From an uncultured Chloroflexia bacterium (GTDB lineage Bacteria > Chloroflexota > Limnocylindria > Limnocylindrales > CSP1-4): 64,000 nt of DNA. Positions 25,201 through 36,286 of the stretch are shown here, piece by piece. The stretch lies in NCBI GenBank assembly GCA_963741445.1, contig CAVUIE010000004.1, positions 187,756-251,755 of the forward strand, read 5' to 3'. Position numbers and translations under genes: made by a program. Position 1 is the stretch's first letter. Every line of letters starts with the position of its first letter. Below the pieces are notes generated by a model, which worked only from the letters and a program-made list of their open reading frames with translations, did not search any database and had not been told where the DNA came from.

Positions 25201-28200
25201 CGCGGCCCTCCTGCGCGGCGCTCGGCCGCGAGCCCGGCGACGGCGGCCTTGAAGGCCCGTCCGCGGGCGGCGTAGTCCTCGAACATGTCGAAGCTCGCGG
25301 CGGCCGGGCTCAGCAGGACGGTCGCCGGACCCGCGCCACCGTCGTCGGCGAGGGCCTCGCGGGCGAGGGTGTGCACGGGCAGGGGTTGATGAACAGCCCG
25401 AGCATCGACTCGATCGCCGGGCAGCGGCGCCGAGCGGCCGGAGACCGTCGCGCCGAACACGACGTCGTCCTCGCCGCTGTACCGGCTCAGCAGCAGCGCC
25501 CAGGCGCCCTGGCACGATGCGTGTTCAGGGTCAGCTGCTGCTGGCGCCCGAGACGCCTCGAGGGCCGAGTCGCCTCGGCGGACAGCTCGGAGTCGCTGCT
25601 CGGCATGATCGCCCTCGCGGCCGTCGCCGCGCGCGGCCGGCCGGTCCGCTCGCACGAGCGGCGTCGGGCGCGTGAAGCCCGCGAGCGTCTTGCGCCAGAA
25701 CGCCTCGGCCGCCGTCGAGTCCTGCCGCTGCAGCCAGGCGATGAAGTCGCGGTAGGGCCGGGCCGCTGGCAGCGGATCGTCGCGCCCGCTGCGACGGAGC
25801 CTCGTAGGACAGCAGCACCTCCTTCAGCAGCGAGCGGCAGCGACCAGCCGTCGAGCAGGAGGTGGTGATGGCTCCAGACGAAGCGCCAGGCATCGTCCGC
25901 GACGCGCAGCAGCGCCAGGCGCATCAGCGGCGCCTCGGCCAGAGGTCGAAGCCGCGCGCTCGATCCGCCTCGAGGAAGCGACGCCAGCCGTCGCTGCTGC
26001 TCGGCCGACGGCAGCCCGCGCCAGTCCTGCTCGTCCCAGGGCAGCGGACACCTGGCGACGGACGACCTGGAGCGGTTCCGCCGAGCCCCTCCCAGGCGAA
26101 GCCGGTCCGCAGGACGGCGTGGCGGTCCACCAGCGCGCTGCCAGGCCTGCCGGAAGGCCGCGACGTCGAGCTCGCCCTCGCAGCGTGCAGCGCACCTGCT
26201 CGAAGTACACGCCCGACTCGGGCGCGTACAGGCTGTGGAACAGCAGCCCCGACTGCAGCGGGGACAGCGGATAGACGTCCTCGATACCCCGCGCCGGAGC
26301 CCGACCAGAGCGATCCAGCCGGCGCTCTGAGTCGAGCCGGGCGAGCGGGAAGTCGGACGGCGTGCAGCCGCCGGCGCCGGGACGACAGGCAATGGGCGAT
26401 CAGCGCGCCGCAGCGCGCGCCAGGAACTGCGACGCCAGCGCGCTCGATGGTGGCCGCCGGTGCGACGTCGGCTGAAGGTCCAGCAGGACGCGCAAGCGGC
26501 CCGCCGACGACGCCGCCGTTGACGTCCGAGCGTATGCGCACGCCGCTGGCGATCGCTCTGGAGCCGGGCCGGTCGACTCGGGCGCCAGCGGCGAACGGCG
26601 ACCGGGCTCGGGCAGCGCCCGGTCGAGCTGCCCGAGGTAGTTGAAGCTGACCTCGGCCCGCGGACCGGCCGCCAGCCGCCGCCGCACGTCCGCGTCGGGG
26701 TGCAGGATAGCGCAGCAGCCCGTAGCCCAGGCCGCGCCCCGGCACGCCGCGCAGCTGCTCCTTGACCGAGCGCAGCGCCTCCCCCGGCCCCGTCGCCCGC
26801 GCCCAGCCTCCAGCCGCACCGGGAACAGGCTGGTGAACCAGCCGACCGTGCGCGACAGGTCCACGTCCTCGAACAGCTCCTCGCGCCCGTGGCCCTCCAG
26901 GTCCACGAGGCACGCCCCCGGCCCCGTCCACGGCGCCACCGCCTGCGCCAGCGCCGTCAGCAGCACGTCGTTGATCTGCGTCCGGTACGCCGCCGGCACC
27001 TCGTGCAGCAGCGCCTGCGTCTCCGCCTCCGTCAGCGCCACCTCCACCGTCTCCGCCGACGCCGCCGTGTTCTCCCCGCCCGCGTGATCGACCGGCAAGC
27101 GCCGCCACCGGCCGGCTCCGCCCCGCCTCGCCAGTAGCCCGCCTCCTCCGCCAGCGCGTCCCCGCGCGCGTACGCGCTCAGCCGCTCGGCCCACTGCTGG
27201 AACGACGTCGTCTTGGCCGGCAGCTCGCAGCGGCTCCCCCCGACGCGAGCTGCTCGTAGGCGGTGAGCAGATCCTCGAGCAGGATGCGCCACGAGACGCC
27301 GTCGACCACCAGGTGGTGCACCACCAGCAGCAGCCGCGCGGCCTCGTCCCCCCGCGTCGAACAGCACCGCGCGCAGCAGCCGGCCCGCGCGTCAGATCGA
27401 GGCTCGCCTGCACCCGCGCGGCCGCGCGCTCCACCGCGCCCGCCCGCTCGGCCTCCGGCAGCGCCGCTGAGGTCCACCTGCTCGAACACCCCGCCGGCCT
27501 CCTCGCCCGGCCGATCCCCATCCTGCTCGCCAGCCGCCCGTGCTGCCGCCGGAAGCGCAGCCGCAGCGCGTCGTGATGGCGCAGCAGGTGCTCGCACCGC
27601 CTGCCGCAGTCGCCCGGCGTCGAGCGGCTCGCGCACCTCGAGCAGCACCGCCTGGTTGAAGTGCTGCGGCTCGGCCAGCTCCTGCTCGAAGAACCAGCGC
27701 TGGATCGGCGTCAGCGGCACCGGCCCCGTCACCGGCCCCTGCTCCGCCGTCGCACCGGCGGCGCCCCTGCCCACGACCGCGGCCAGCTCGGCGATCGTCT
27801 GGTGCTGGAAGAGCTGCCGCGGCGTCACGTGCGAGCGCCGCGCCCGGCGCGCCGCGCGACGATCTGGATGCTCGAGGATCGAGTCGCCGCCCAAGCTCGA
27901 AGAAGTTGTCGTGGACGCCGACCCGCTCGAGGCGCAGCACCTCCGCCCAGATCCGCGCCAGCACCTCCTCCTCCGCCGTGCGCGGCGCCACGGTACCGCT
28001 CGCCCAGCTCCGGCCGCTCCCCCGCCGGCGCCGGCAGCGCCCGCCGGTCGACCTTGCCGTTGGGCGTCAGCGGCAGCGCCTCCAGCACCACGAACGCCGC
28101 CGGCACCATGTACTCCGGCAGCCTCTGCTCCACGCGCTGCGCGCAGCTCCCCCGCCTCCACCCGCTCCCCCTCGCGCGGCACCACGTACGCCACCAGCCG

Positions 28201-30357
28201 CTTGTCCCCGCCGGCCCCGCCTGCGCGCGCCACCACCGCCTGCCCGCACCGCCGCGTGCTCGGCCAGCACCGCCTCGATCTCGCCCAGCTCGATCCGGAA
28301 GCCGCGGATCTTCACCTGCTCGTCCAGCCGCCCCAGGTACTCGCAGCGTGCCGTCCGCCCGCCACCGCGCCAGGTCGCCGGTCCGGTACAGCCGCGCCCC
28401 CGCCTCCCCGCCGAACGGATCGGGCACGAACCGCTCCGCCGTCAGCTCCGGCCGCTGCCAGGTACCCGCGCGCCAGCCCCGCGCCGCCGACGTACAGCTC
28501 CCCGGCCACGCCCACCGGCACCGGCTCCAGCCGCGCGTCCAGCACGTACACCCGCAGGTCCGGCATCGGCACGCCGATGACGCTCGCCGCCGCGCGCACC
28601 GCCGCCGCCGTCACCGGCTCGGTACGTCACGTGCACCGTCGTCTCGGTGATCCCGTACATGTTGACCAGCCGCGGCCGCTCCGTCGCCGTGCCGCGCGCA
28701 GCCACGGCGCGCAGCGTCGCGTAGCATCCAGCGCCTCGCCGCCGAAGATCACGCAGCCGCAGCGCCAGCGCCTCGCCGTCCCGCCGCCCCTCGTCGGCCC
28801 GCACCAGCTGCCGGAACGCCGACGGCGTCTGGTTCAGCACCGTCACGCGCTCCTCGCACGAGCAGCCCGTAGAACGCCTCCGGCGACGCGCGCACCCAGT
28901 ACGGCACGACGACCAGGCGCCCGCCGTGCGCAGCGCGCCCCAGAGCTCCCACACCGAGAAGTCGAACGCGGCGACGCGCACGGCCTGCTCGAGCGTCGCC
29001 GCGCGGGCCGTGCGCTCGAGCCCCGCGGCCCGGAAGTCGGCCTCGAGGCGCGGACCGCTCTCGCCGATCAGCACCGCCGCGACCGCGCGCTCGGCGACGA
29101 CCGGCGGGAGGCCGGACAGGTCGACGCCCTTGTCGCGGCCACCGGCGATGAGCACGACCGGCGGCTCGAACGAGCGGAGCGCCGCGACGACGGCGTCGGG
29201 CTGGGTGCCCTGCGAGTCGTTGACGAAGCGGACGCCGTCGATGGTCGCGACCGGCTCGAGGCGGTGCTCGACGCCCGTGAACGCCGCGGCCGCGGCGCGG
29301 ATCGCGTCCGGCTCGACGCCGAACAGGAGGCCGACCGCGATGGCGGCCAGCGCGTTCGAGACGTTGTGGGCGCCGGGGATGGCGAGCTCGGCGACCGGGA
29401 GGATGCGGCCATCCGGGCCGGTCGCGGCCGTGCCGCCGCCGGCGATCGCGAGCCGCTCGACATCGTCCGCGACGATCCAGCCGTCGACCACGCCGAGGCC
29501 GCCGGCGACCGGCGGGCGCTGGCCGTAGGCCACGACGCGGCGCGCGACTCGCGTCCGCGTACGCCGCGACGACCGGGTCGTCGAGGTTCAGCACGAGCGC
29601 CCCGGCCGGGTCGACGAGGTCGGCGAGCCGCCGCTTGGCGGCGCCGGTACGCCTCGAGCGAGCCGTGGCGGTCGAGGTGGTCCGAGGTCACGTTGGTGTA
29701 GACCGCGACGGTCGTGCCCCGCGACAGGGTCGGGAGCTGGAGCTCGGACAGCTCGTAGACGACGCGGTGGTCCGCGGTGAGCTCCGGCAGCCGCTCGACG
29801 ATCGGGATCCCGATGTTGCCGCCGAGGACCGCCGGGTGCGCCGGGTCGGCCGCGAGGATCGCGGCCGCGAGCGACGACGTGGTGGTCTTGCCCTTCGTCC
29901 CGGTCACGCCCGATCGTGGGCGCCGGGCAGAGCCGCAGGAACAGGTCCGGCTCGGAGACGACGGCCGGGGCGGTCTCGTCGCCGGCGGCGCGGGCGTCGA
30001 CGAGCGCGCGGAGCGCCGCGCGGAGGCGCGGCTCGGTGGTCGGGTAGTCGGGGTTGATCGCCGGGCGACGAGGTCACGAGCGCCGCGCCCGCCCAGGCCG
30101 TCGCGGGGTCGACGTCCGGTCCGGCCAGCAGCCGCACCGACCGTCCCTCGAGCGCGTCGATCGCCGCGCCGAGGTCGGCCGCCGGCCGGCCGTCGTAGAC
30201 CGTGACGTCCGCGCCGGCATCGGCCAGGAACCGCGCCAGCGCGATCCCGCTGCGGGCGAACCCGAGCACGGTGACCGGCCGGTCGCGGAGCGACGCCGGC
30301 GCGGACGCCGTCGAGCGTCAGCGCGTCCGGATCGATCGGTCGGGTCGCGGTCATCGT
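25197..30357 (-). CDS. murD: UDP-N-acetylmuramoylalanine--D-glutamate ligase MurD. Its coding sequence is interrupted in-frame by a 3.6-kb NRPS fragment. The 5' part runs 28967..30357 and the 3' remnant runs 25197 to about 25330.
   Basis: The N-terminal part runs from '[19 protein letters not shown]...[19 protein letters not shown]...' to '...[11 protein letters not shown]'. It is followed directly by the NRPS motif '[12 protein letters not shown]'. The MurD C-terminus '...[38 protein letters not shown]' resumes at about 25330 and ends in an ATGA overlap with ftsW. Confidence 0.8.
25331..28966 (-). other. Internal NRPS fragment: A domain (A4 to A10), PCP, epimerization domain and a partial condensation domain. 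It has no start or stop and is fused in-frame to murD at both ends.
   Basis: Read on the minus strand the motifs run in this order: [12 protein letters not shown] (A4), [15 protein letters not shown] (A5), [15 protein letters not shown] (A7), [13 protein letters not shown] (A8) and [30 protein letters not shown] (A10). Then come FFELGGDS (PCP), [12 protein letters not shown] and [17 protein letters not shown] (E1 and E2), and [16 protein letters not shown]. The condensation-domain motifs are [35 protein letters not shown] (C3) and [22 protein letters not shown], ending at FINPLPVHT. Confidence 0.8.
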
Positions 30358-30360
30358 CAT

Positions 30361-31342
30361 CACGCCAGCCGGTTCAGCGAGGCGAGGAAGAGGGTCACGC
30401 CGAGGAGCGCCGCGAGGATGCCCGACGATCCAGAACCGGATCGTGATCTTCTCCTCGTCCCAGCCGCCCAGCTCGAAGTGGTGATGGAGCGGGCTCATCC
30501 GGAAGATCCGTTTGCCGCCGCTCAGCTTGAAGTAGCCCACCTGCAGCATCACCGAGCCGGTCTCGATCACGAAGATGATCCCGATGAGCGGCAGCACCAG
30601 GACCTGGCCGGTGATGAGCGCGGTGACCGCCAGGCGTGGCGCCCAGGGACAGGGCTCCGCTGTCGCCGATGAAGATCTGCGCCGGATGGACGTTGAACCA
30701 GAGGAACCCGAGCAGCGCGCCGATGATCAGCGCGCAGAGGAGCGCGAGGTTGGCCTGGTTCGGCGTGTTCAGCAGCGCGATCAGCATGTAGGCGACGAAC
30801 GCGATGGCGACCGTGCCGCCGGACAGGCCGTCGAGGCCGTCGGTGATGTTCACGCCGTTGGCCGCGGCCACGATCGCGAACGCGGCGAACAGGACGTAGA
30901 TCCGCGCGTCGATCGGCACCTTGCCGATGAACGGCACCGCGATCGCGGTGATGTCGTAGGTCTGCTGGATCTGGTACGCGGCGACGAAGGCGACGACCGT
31001 CAGCCAGATCAGCTTCTGGCGGGCGCGGATGCCCTCCCCCGTCCGGGCGTTCAGGTAGTCGTCGAAGGCGCCGAGCAGCCCGACCATCGCCAGCGCGGCG
31101 ATCGGCGCGAACGTCGAGGCGTCCGGCTGCTGCTTCAGGAAGAAGTAGATCGCGAGGACCACCGCCACGATCAGCAGGCCGCCCATCGTGGGCGTGCCCT
31201 CCTTCGCGTAGTGGCTCTCGGGGCCTTCCTCGCGGATCCGCTTGCCGAAGCCGATCGCGCGGAGGAGCCGGATGTACGGCGACATCAGGATGACCACGAG
31301 GGCGAACGCGAGCAGCAGGCCCTGGATCAGCTCGACGGTCAT
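30361..31342 (-). CDS. mraY: Phospho-N-acetylmuramoyl-pentapeptide transferase MraY, with two frameshifts (around 30420 and 30650).
   Basis: '[55 protein letters not shown]...[12 protein letters not shown]...GDSGALSLG' carries MraY motifs. The C-terminus '[51 protein letters not shown]' is in other frames. Confidence 0.9.
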
Positions 31343-32769
31343 CGCGCGGGACCCCGCTCGGCCCGGAGCGCGTCCACGAGGGCGTCGAGGCCGATGCCGC
31401 GCGAGCCCTTGACCAGCACGACGTCCCCGTCGCGCAGCCGCGGGCGGAGGACCTCGAGCGCGCTCGCCGCATCGGGCACGACGAGGATCCGCTCGGGCGC
31501 GAGCCCGGCGTCCGCGGCCGCCGTCGCGATGGCCCCGACCGCCGAGCCGACCACGACCAGCAGCGCCGCGGTCCGGCCGGCGGCGTCCCCGACCGCGCGG
31601 TGGCCGTCCTCGTGCGCCTCGCCGAGCTCGAGCATCTCGCCGAGCACCGCGACCGGCCGGCCCGGGAGGTCGGCGAGGACCTCGAGGGCGGCCGCGACGG
31701 AGCCGGGCGAGGCGTTGTAGCTGTCGTCGATGACGGTCACGTCCGCAAGACGGACGAGCGTCATCCGATGCGGCGCCGACCAGCCGGCGGCGATGCCCTC
31801 GACGATCGCGTCGAGCGGGACGCCGGCGGCGAGCCCGACGGCGGCCGCGGCGAGCCCGTTGTGGACCGAGAGCCGGCCGAGCGACGGCGTCATGGCGGGA
31901 CGGCGCTCGCCGCCGGCGCGCAGCGTGAACCGCATCCCGTCGGTGCCGGCGGACGTCACCGCCTCGGCACCGACGTCGGCGTCGTCGGCGAAGCCGTAGG
32001 TCAGCGGTCGCGCCGCGGTCCGCGCCGCCATCCGGCGCACGATCGGGTCGTCGGCGTTGAGGATGGCCGTGCCGGCCGCCGGCAGGGCCTCGAGCAGCTC
32101 GCCCTTGGCCGCCTCGATGGCCTCGATGCTGCCGATCCGCGACAGGTGGACCGGCTGGACGGCGGTCACGACCCCGATCGACGGCCGCGCCATCGCGGCC
32201 AGGTCGGCGATCTCGCCGCCGACGTACATCCCCATCTCGAGGACCGCGGCCTCGTGCTCCGGGCCGAGCTCCAGGAGCGTGAGCGGCAGGCCGATCTCGT
32301 TGTTCTGGTTCCCGGCGCTCCGCAGCGTCCGGAAGCGCCGTCCGAGGACCGCGGCGACCGCCTCCTTGGTCGAGGTCTTGGCGATGCTCCCGGTGATCCC
32401 GACCACGAGCGGGTCGAACCGGCGGCGCCAGCCGGCCGCGACCGCGCCGAGGGCGGCGATCCCGTCGGCGACGCGGATGACGGTGACGTCGCCGAGCGCC
32501 GCCGGGTCCGCCGGCGGTCGGGTGACGAGGAGCGCGGCCGCGCCGGCGGCGACCGCGGCGGGCAGGTGGTCGTGGCCGTCCGTGCGCTCGCCCGGGAGCG
32601 CGACGAAGAGGTTGCCCGGGCGGACCACGCGGGAGTCCACCGCGCCGCCGCGGACGGGTCGGTCGGAGCGGGTCAGCAGCCGGCCGCCGGTCAGGCGCAC
32701 GAGGTCGTCGGCGGTGAGGGCCGGGCCTGGGTCGGTCACGCCCGGGAGTCTCGCATGGACCGTCGTCAC
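31339..32769 (-). CDS. murF: UDP-MurNAc-tripeptide--D-Ala-D-Ala ligase MurF. The gene is intact at 476 aa.
   Basis: '...DSRVVRPGNLFVALPGERTDGHDHL...GITGSIAKTSTKEAV...DDSYNASPGS...' is a MurF-type N-terminus and P-loop. It reads in a single frame. Confidence 0.85.
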   Translation of the reverse strand: MTTVHARLPGVTDPGPALTADDLVRLTGGRLLTRSDRPVRGGAVDSRVVRPGNLFVALPGERTDGHDHLPAAVAAGAAALLVTRPPADPAALGDVTVIRVADGIAALGAVAAGWRRRFDPLVVGITGSIAKTSTKEAVAAVLGRRFRTLRSAGNQNNEIGLPLTLLELGPEHEAAVLEMGMYVGGEIADLAAMARPSIGVVTAVQPVHLSRIGSIEAIEAAKGELLEALPAAGTAILNADDPIVRRMAARTAARPLTYGFADDADVGAEAVTSAGTDGMRFTLRAGGERRPAMTPSLGRLSVHNGLAAAAVGLAAGVPLDAIVEGIAAGWSAPHRMTLVRLADVTVIDDSYNASPGSVAAALEVLADLPGRPVAVLGEMLELGEAHEDGHRAVGDAAGRTAALLVVVGSAVGAIATAAADAGLAPERILVVPDAASALEVLRPRLRDGDVVLVKGSRGIGLDALVDALRAERGPAR

Positions 32770-34603
32770 CGGGCCGCGACCGGGCCGATCGTGGTCATCC
32801 GGTCGGTCAGGAGGTCGGGGGTGGTGATCGCGTCCGTGGCGATGCGCCGGAACAGCTCGAACGACATCACGGGCATCTCGAGGTGGCCGACCCGGACGAC
32901 GGTCGGCGTCCCTTCCTCGATGCGGACCGCGACGACGAGGTCGGGGACGCCCTTCTCGCGGCCGATGTAGCCCACGAACGAGTAGTTGAACAGGTCGACC
33001 TTCCAGGCGCCGCGACCGTGGTTGGCCTTCGGGTCCCAGATCTGCGCCGTCCCGGTCTTGCCGCCGACGTCGTAGCCCTTCACGAGCGTGCGGTCCTTGT
33101 AGAACGGCACGGTCGTGACGACGTGGCTCATCAGGCCGATCAGCTTGCGACGACAGGCGCTGGTCGATGACCTTGCGCCTTCGGCGGGTCGACGATCTCG
33201 CGCTCGCCGATCGCCTTCACGACGTGGGGCTGGACCAGCGATCCGCCGTTCATCAGCGCGGCATAGGCCGTCGCGAGCTGGATCGGCGTGACCGCCACGC
33301 CCTGGCCGAACGCGCCGTTGGCGAGGTCGATCTGCGCCCACGGCTTGAGGCCCGGGTCGCGAACGATGCCCGACACCTCGTTGGCGAGGTCGATGCCGGT
33401 CTTGGCGCCGAAGCCGAGCTTCAGCCAGGTGTCGTAGAGGATCGCCGACGAGGCGCGGGTCGACGGCGCGAGGTCGAGCGCGACCTTGGCGGCGACGACG
33501 TTGCGCGAGAAGGCGACGCCGTCCTCGAACGTCATCCAGCCCATGCCCTTCCGGTCGGCGTCGTCGATGTGGGCCCGGCCGCCGTCGAGCTTGAGCGTGC
33601 CCGTGTCCTTGATCCGCGTGTCGAGGGTGACGCTCTTGTGCTCGAGGGCCGCGGTCGCGGTCATCATCTTGAAGACGGACCCGGGCTCGTAGACGGACGA
33701 GACGATCGGGTCGATGAACCGCTCCGGGTGCTTCGCCGCGATCGCGCGGTAGTCGTTGGCGTCGTACGACGGATAGGTCGCCTCCGCGTAGACCTCGCCG
33801 GTGTACGGGTCCATGACGATGGCCGAGACGCTCTTGGCGTCGTCGGCGACGTAGGCGGCCAGGAGCTCCTGCTCCACGGCCAGCTGGAGGCCGGCATCGA
33901 TGGTGAGGCGGACGTCCTGGCCGGGCGTCCCGGGCGAGACGACGGTCGCGGTCTCGGGGATCGGCTGGCCGCGCGCGTCGCGCTGGAAGTCCGCGATGCG
34001 GGGCGATCCGCCGAGCGTGTCCTGGTAGGCCTGCTCCACGCCGTACTGCCCCGTGCCCTCGCGATTGACGAAGCCGAGGAGCTGCGCGCGCGAGCGTCGA
34101 GTCGCGACCGCCGCCGGCCTGCGGATAGACGCGCAGCGGCTCGGCCTCGAGGGTGATCCCGGTGAGCGCGCCGGTCCGCGATCGCGGCCCGGATCTGGTC
34201 GGCGACCGCCGGCTCGATCTCGCGGGCGAGGATGATGTAGGTCTTGTCGGTCAGCAGCTTGTCGCGGAGCGCGGCCGCGGCTGTGTCGTCCGAGGGTCAG
34301 GATGCGGACCAGCTCGTCGCCGGTCGCCTCGCGCTGCTGCGGCGTCAGGACCTTCGCGTTGGCCACCAGCCGGTCGCGCTCGACGGTGGTCGCCAGGACG
34401 ACGGTCCCGCTGCGGTCGTAGATGTCGCCGCGCCGGCTGGGCTCGCTGACCTGCTTGGTGGTCTGGGCGACGGCCTTGGCGGCCAGGTCGTCGCGCTGGA
34501 GGACCTGCCAGTAGGCGAGCCGGCCGACGACCGCGACCGCGGCGATCACGAAGACCAGCAGCAGCACCAGCAGCCGCGATCTCGAATCGGTCCGACCCAG
34601 CAT
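32766..34603 (-). CDS. ftsI: Peptidoglycan D,D-transpeptidase FtsI (class B PBP), with frameshifts.
   Basis: A TM N-terminus is followed by 'RGDIYDRSGTVVLATTV' (dimerisation domain) and the transpeptidase motifs 'YEPGSVFKMMTATAALE...FSRNVVAAK...KTGTAQ'. The sequence is spread over about three frames. Confidence 0.85.
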
Positions 34604-34618
34604 GGTTCGCTCGATCGC

Positions 34619-35002
34619 CTAGCGGGCCGGCAGGATGAGGGGGTCGCCGAGCTGGCCGAGCCCCGCATCGATGGCGAGCTTGCGGATCGCCGGCTCGTGG
34701 CCGAGGCGGCTCAGGTCGGAGTGGAGGTCCTGGGCCTTCGAATCGAGCCGGTCGCGGGTGACCTGCAGCCGCCCGATGTCGTAGCCCGGTCGCGGACTCG
34801 CGGACGACCTGGGCCAGCCAGAAGAACGCGAGCAGGAACGCGATCACGATCGTGCCGAGCACGAGGCTCCAGTGGCCCGGGCGCCGTCCGGCCCGGACCG
34901 CGGTCCGCATCTTCCGCCGGCCGAGCGTCGGGCCTTCGGCGATGCGCGGGCGTCCGCCGAGCGTGATGGTCCGTGGGCGGGCGCCCTCGTAGACGGCCAC
35001 CG
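34619..35002 (-). CDS. ftsL: FtsL-like septum formation initiator (single TM helix), with one frameshift around 34790.
   Basis: 'VAVYEGARPRTITLGGRPRIAEGPTLGRRKMRTAVRAGRRPGHWSLVLGTIVIAFLLAFFWLAQVVRESATG...' sits between rsmH and ftsI. Confidence 0.5.
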
Positions 35003-35003
35003 G

Positions 35004-35201
35004 TCAGTCGGCCGACATGAGGCGGAGGCGCGGGGCGCGCGGATCGAGGAAGGCGAACGGGTCGGTGGGGACGACGTTGGTCGTCTCGCCGTACTCGACC
35101 TCGAAGCCCTCCGGCTGATGGTGTCGGTCGTGGCGCTCGCGGACTTCGTGCTGCCGGCGGCCGTACGACTTGCGACGGCTGGACTGATGGTGCTTGCTCA
35201 T
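35004..35201 (-). CDS. Small highly basic hypothetical protein of 65 aa, behind a strong RBS.
   Basis: GGAGGAGcccccATG is followed by 'MSKHHQSSRRKSYGRRQHEVRERHDRHHQPEGFEVEYGETTNVVPTDPFAFLDPRAPRLRLMSAD'. Codon usage is GC3-rich. Confidence 0.5.
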   Translation of the reverse strand: MSKHHQSSRRKSYGRRQHEVRERHDRHHQPEGFEVEYGETTNVVPTDPFAFLDPRAPRLRLMSAD

Positions 35202-35279
35202 GGGGGCTCCTCCTTCCGTTCCTGCTGGCGTGGCCGGTCCCTCTGGTCGGCTCACGGGTCGTCGGTCGATCGGGCCCCC

Positions 35280-36227
35280 TTACGCGGCCAGGCGCTCGGC
35301 GGCCCGCAGCCGGGCGCTGCGGGCTCGGGGGTTGGCGGCGATCTCGGTCGCCGACGGGGTCAGGGACGGCCGGGTCACCATCCGCAGCCGCGGGTTCTTG
35401 CCGCAGACGCAGACCGGCAGCTCCGGCGGGCAGACGCAGCCACGCCGTTCCGTGGCGATGAACCGCTTGACGATGCGGTCCTCGAGCGAGTGGTAGCTGA
35501 GGACGACGAGCCGGCCGCCGGGCCGCAGCAGGTCGAGGGCGGCCGACAGGCCGGCCTGGAGCGCCTCGAGCTCCTCGTTGACCGCGATGCGCAGGGCCTG
35601 GAAGACGCGGGTGGCGGGGTGGGTCCGGCGCGGCTGGCGCGGGTTCGGCGGCGCGACCTTCTCGACCAGCGCGGCCAGGCCCTCGGCGGTGTCGACCGGC
35701 GCGGTCTTGCGCGCATCGACGATCGCCCGGGCGATGCGCGGCGCCTTCGGCTCCTCGCCGTAGCGCCGGAAGAGCGCGGTCAGCTCGGCGGTGTCGAGGG
35801 TCGCGAGCAGGGTCGCGGCCGGGACGCCGCGGCTGGTGTCGAAGCGCATGTCGAGCGGGCCGCCGGCGCGGAACCCGAAGCCGCGGTCCGTGTCGGCCAG
35901 CTGGAAGCTGGAGAGCCCGAGGTCGAAGAGGCAGCCGTCGACGGCGCCGAAGCCGGCCTCGGGCGCGACGGTCGCGAGGTCGTGGAAGTTCGCCTGGCGA
36001 AGGACGAGGCGATCGCCGAAGCGTGCTCGGAGGCGACCGTCCACTCTGGCGACGGCCGCCCCATCGGCATCGAGGCCGAGGAGGCGGCCATCAGGGTCGG
36101 TCGCCTCCAGGATCCGCTCGGTGTGCCCACCGCCGCCCAGGGTGGCGTCGATCTGAAGGCTGCCCGGCGCTGGAGCGAGCATCACGAGGACCTCCTCCAC
36201 CAGCACCGGCATGTGCCCATCCTTCAT
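35280..36227 (-). CDS. rsmH: 16S rRNA (cytosine1402-N4)-methyltransferase RsmH/MraW. The gene is intact.
   Basis: A GGAGGAG RBS precedes 'MKDGHMPVLVEEVLVMLAPAPG...'. SAM-binding motifs 'GGGGHTERIL' and 'LRPGGRLVVLSYHSLEDR' are present. Confidence 0.85.
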   Translation of the reverse strand: MKDGHMPVLVEEVLVMLAPAPGSLQIDATLGGGGHTERILEATDPDGRLLGLDADGAAVARVDGRLRARFGDRLVLRQANFHDLATVAPEAGFGAVDGCLFDLGLSSFQLADTDRGFGFRAGGPLDMRFDTSRGVPAATLLATLDTAELTALFRRYGEEPKAPRIARAIVDARKTAPVDTAEGLAALVEKVAPPNPRQPRRTHPATRVFQALRIAVNEELEALQAGLSAALDLLRPGGRLVVLSYHSLEDRIVKRFIATERRGCVCPPELPVCVCGKNPRLRMVTRPSLTPSATEIAANPRARSARLRAAERLAA

Positions 36228-36286
36228 CTCTCCTCCGTCCCGAACGATCGGATCCCGAGCGGATCCTGGAAGCGCATGTGGTGGCG

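Noticed and set aside
25331-28966. A mobile-element origin for the NRPS insert (IS, transposon or integrative element).
   Set aside because: There is no transposase or integrase ORF, no terminal inverted repeats and no target-site duplication at either junction. The junctions fall in mid-domain and in-frame, which is not how mobile elements insert.
31339-32769. Whether the 476-aa ligase after ftsI is MurE, which would make the cluster 'normal'.
   Set aside because: It has MurF-type N-terminal and P-loop sequence ('GNLFVALPGERTDGHDHL', 'GITGSIAKTSTKE'), not the MurE DNPR or 'GVTGTNGKTT' context. So murE appears genuinely absent from the cluster.
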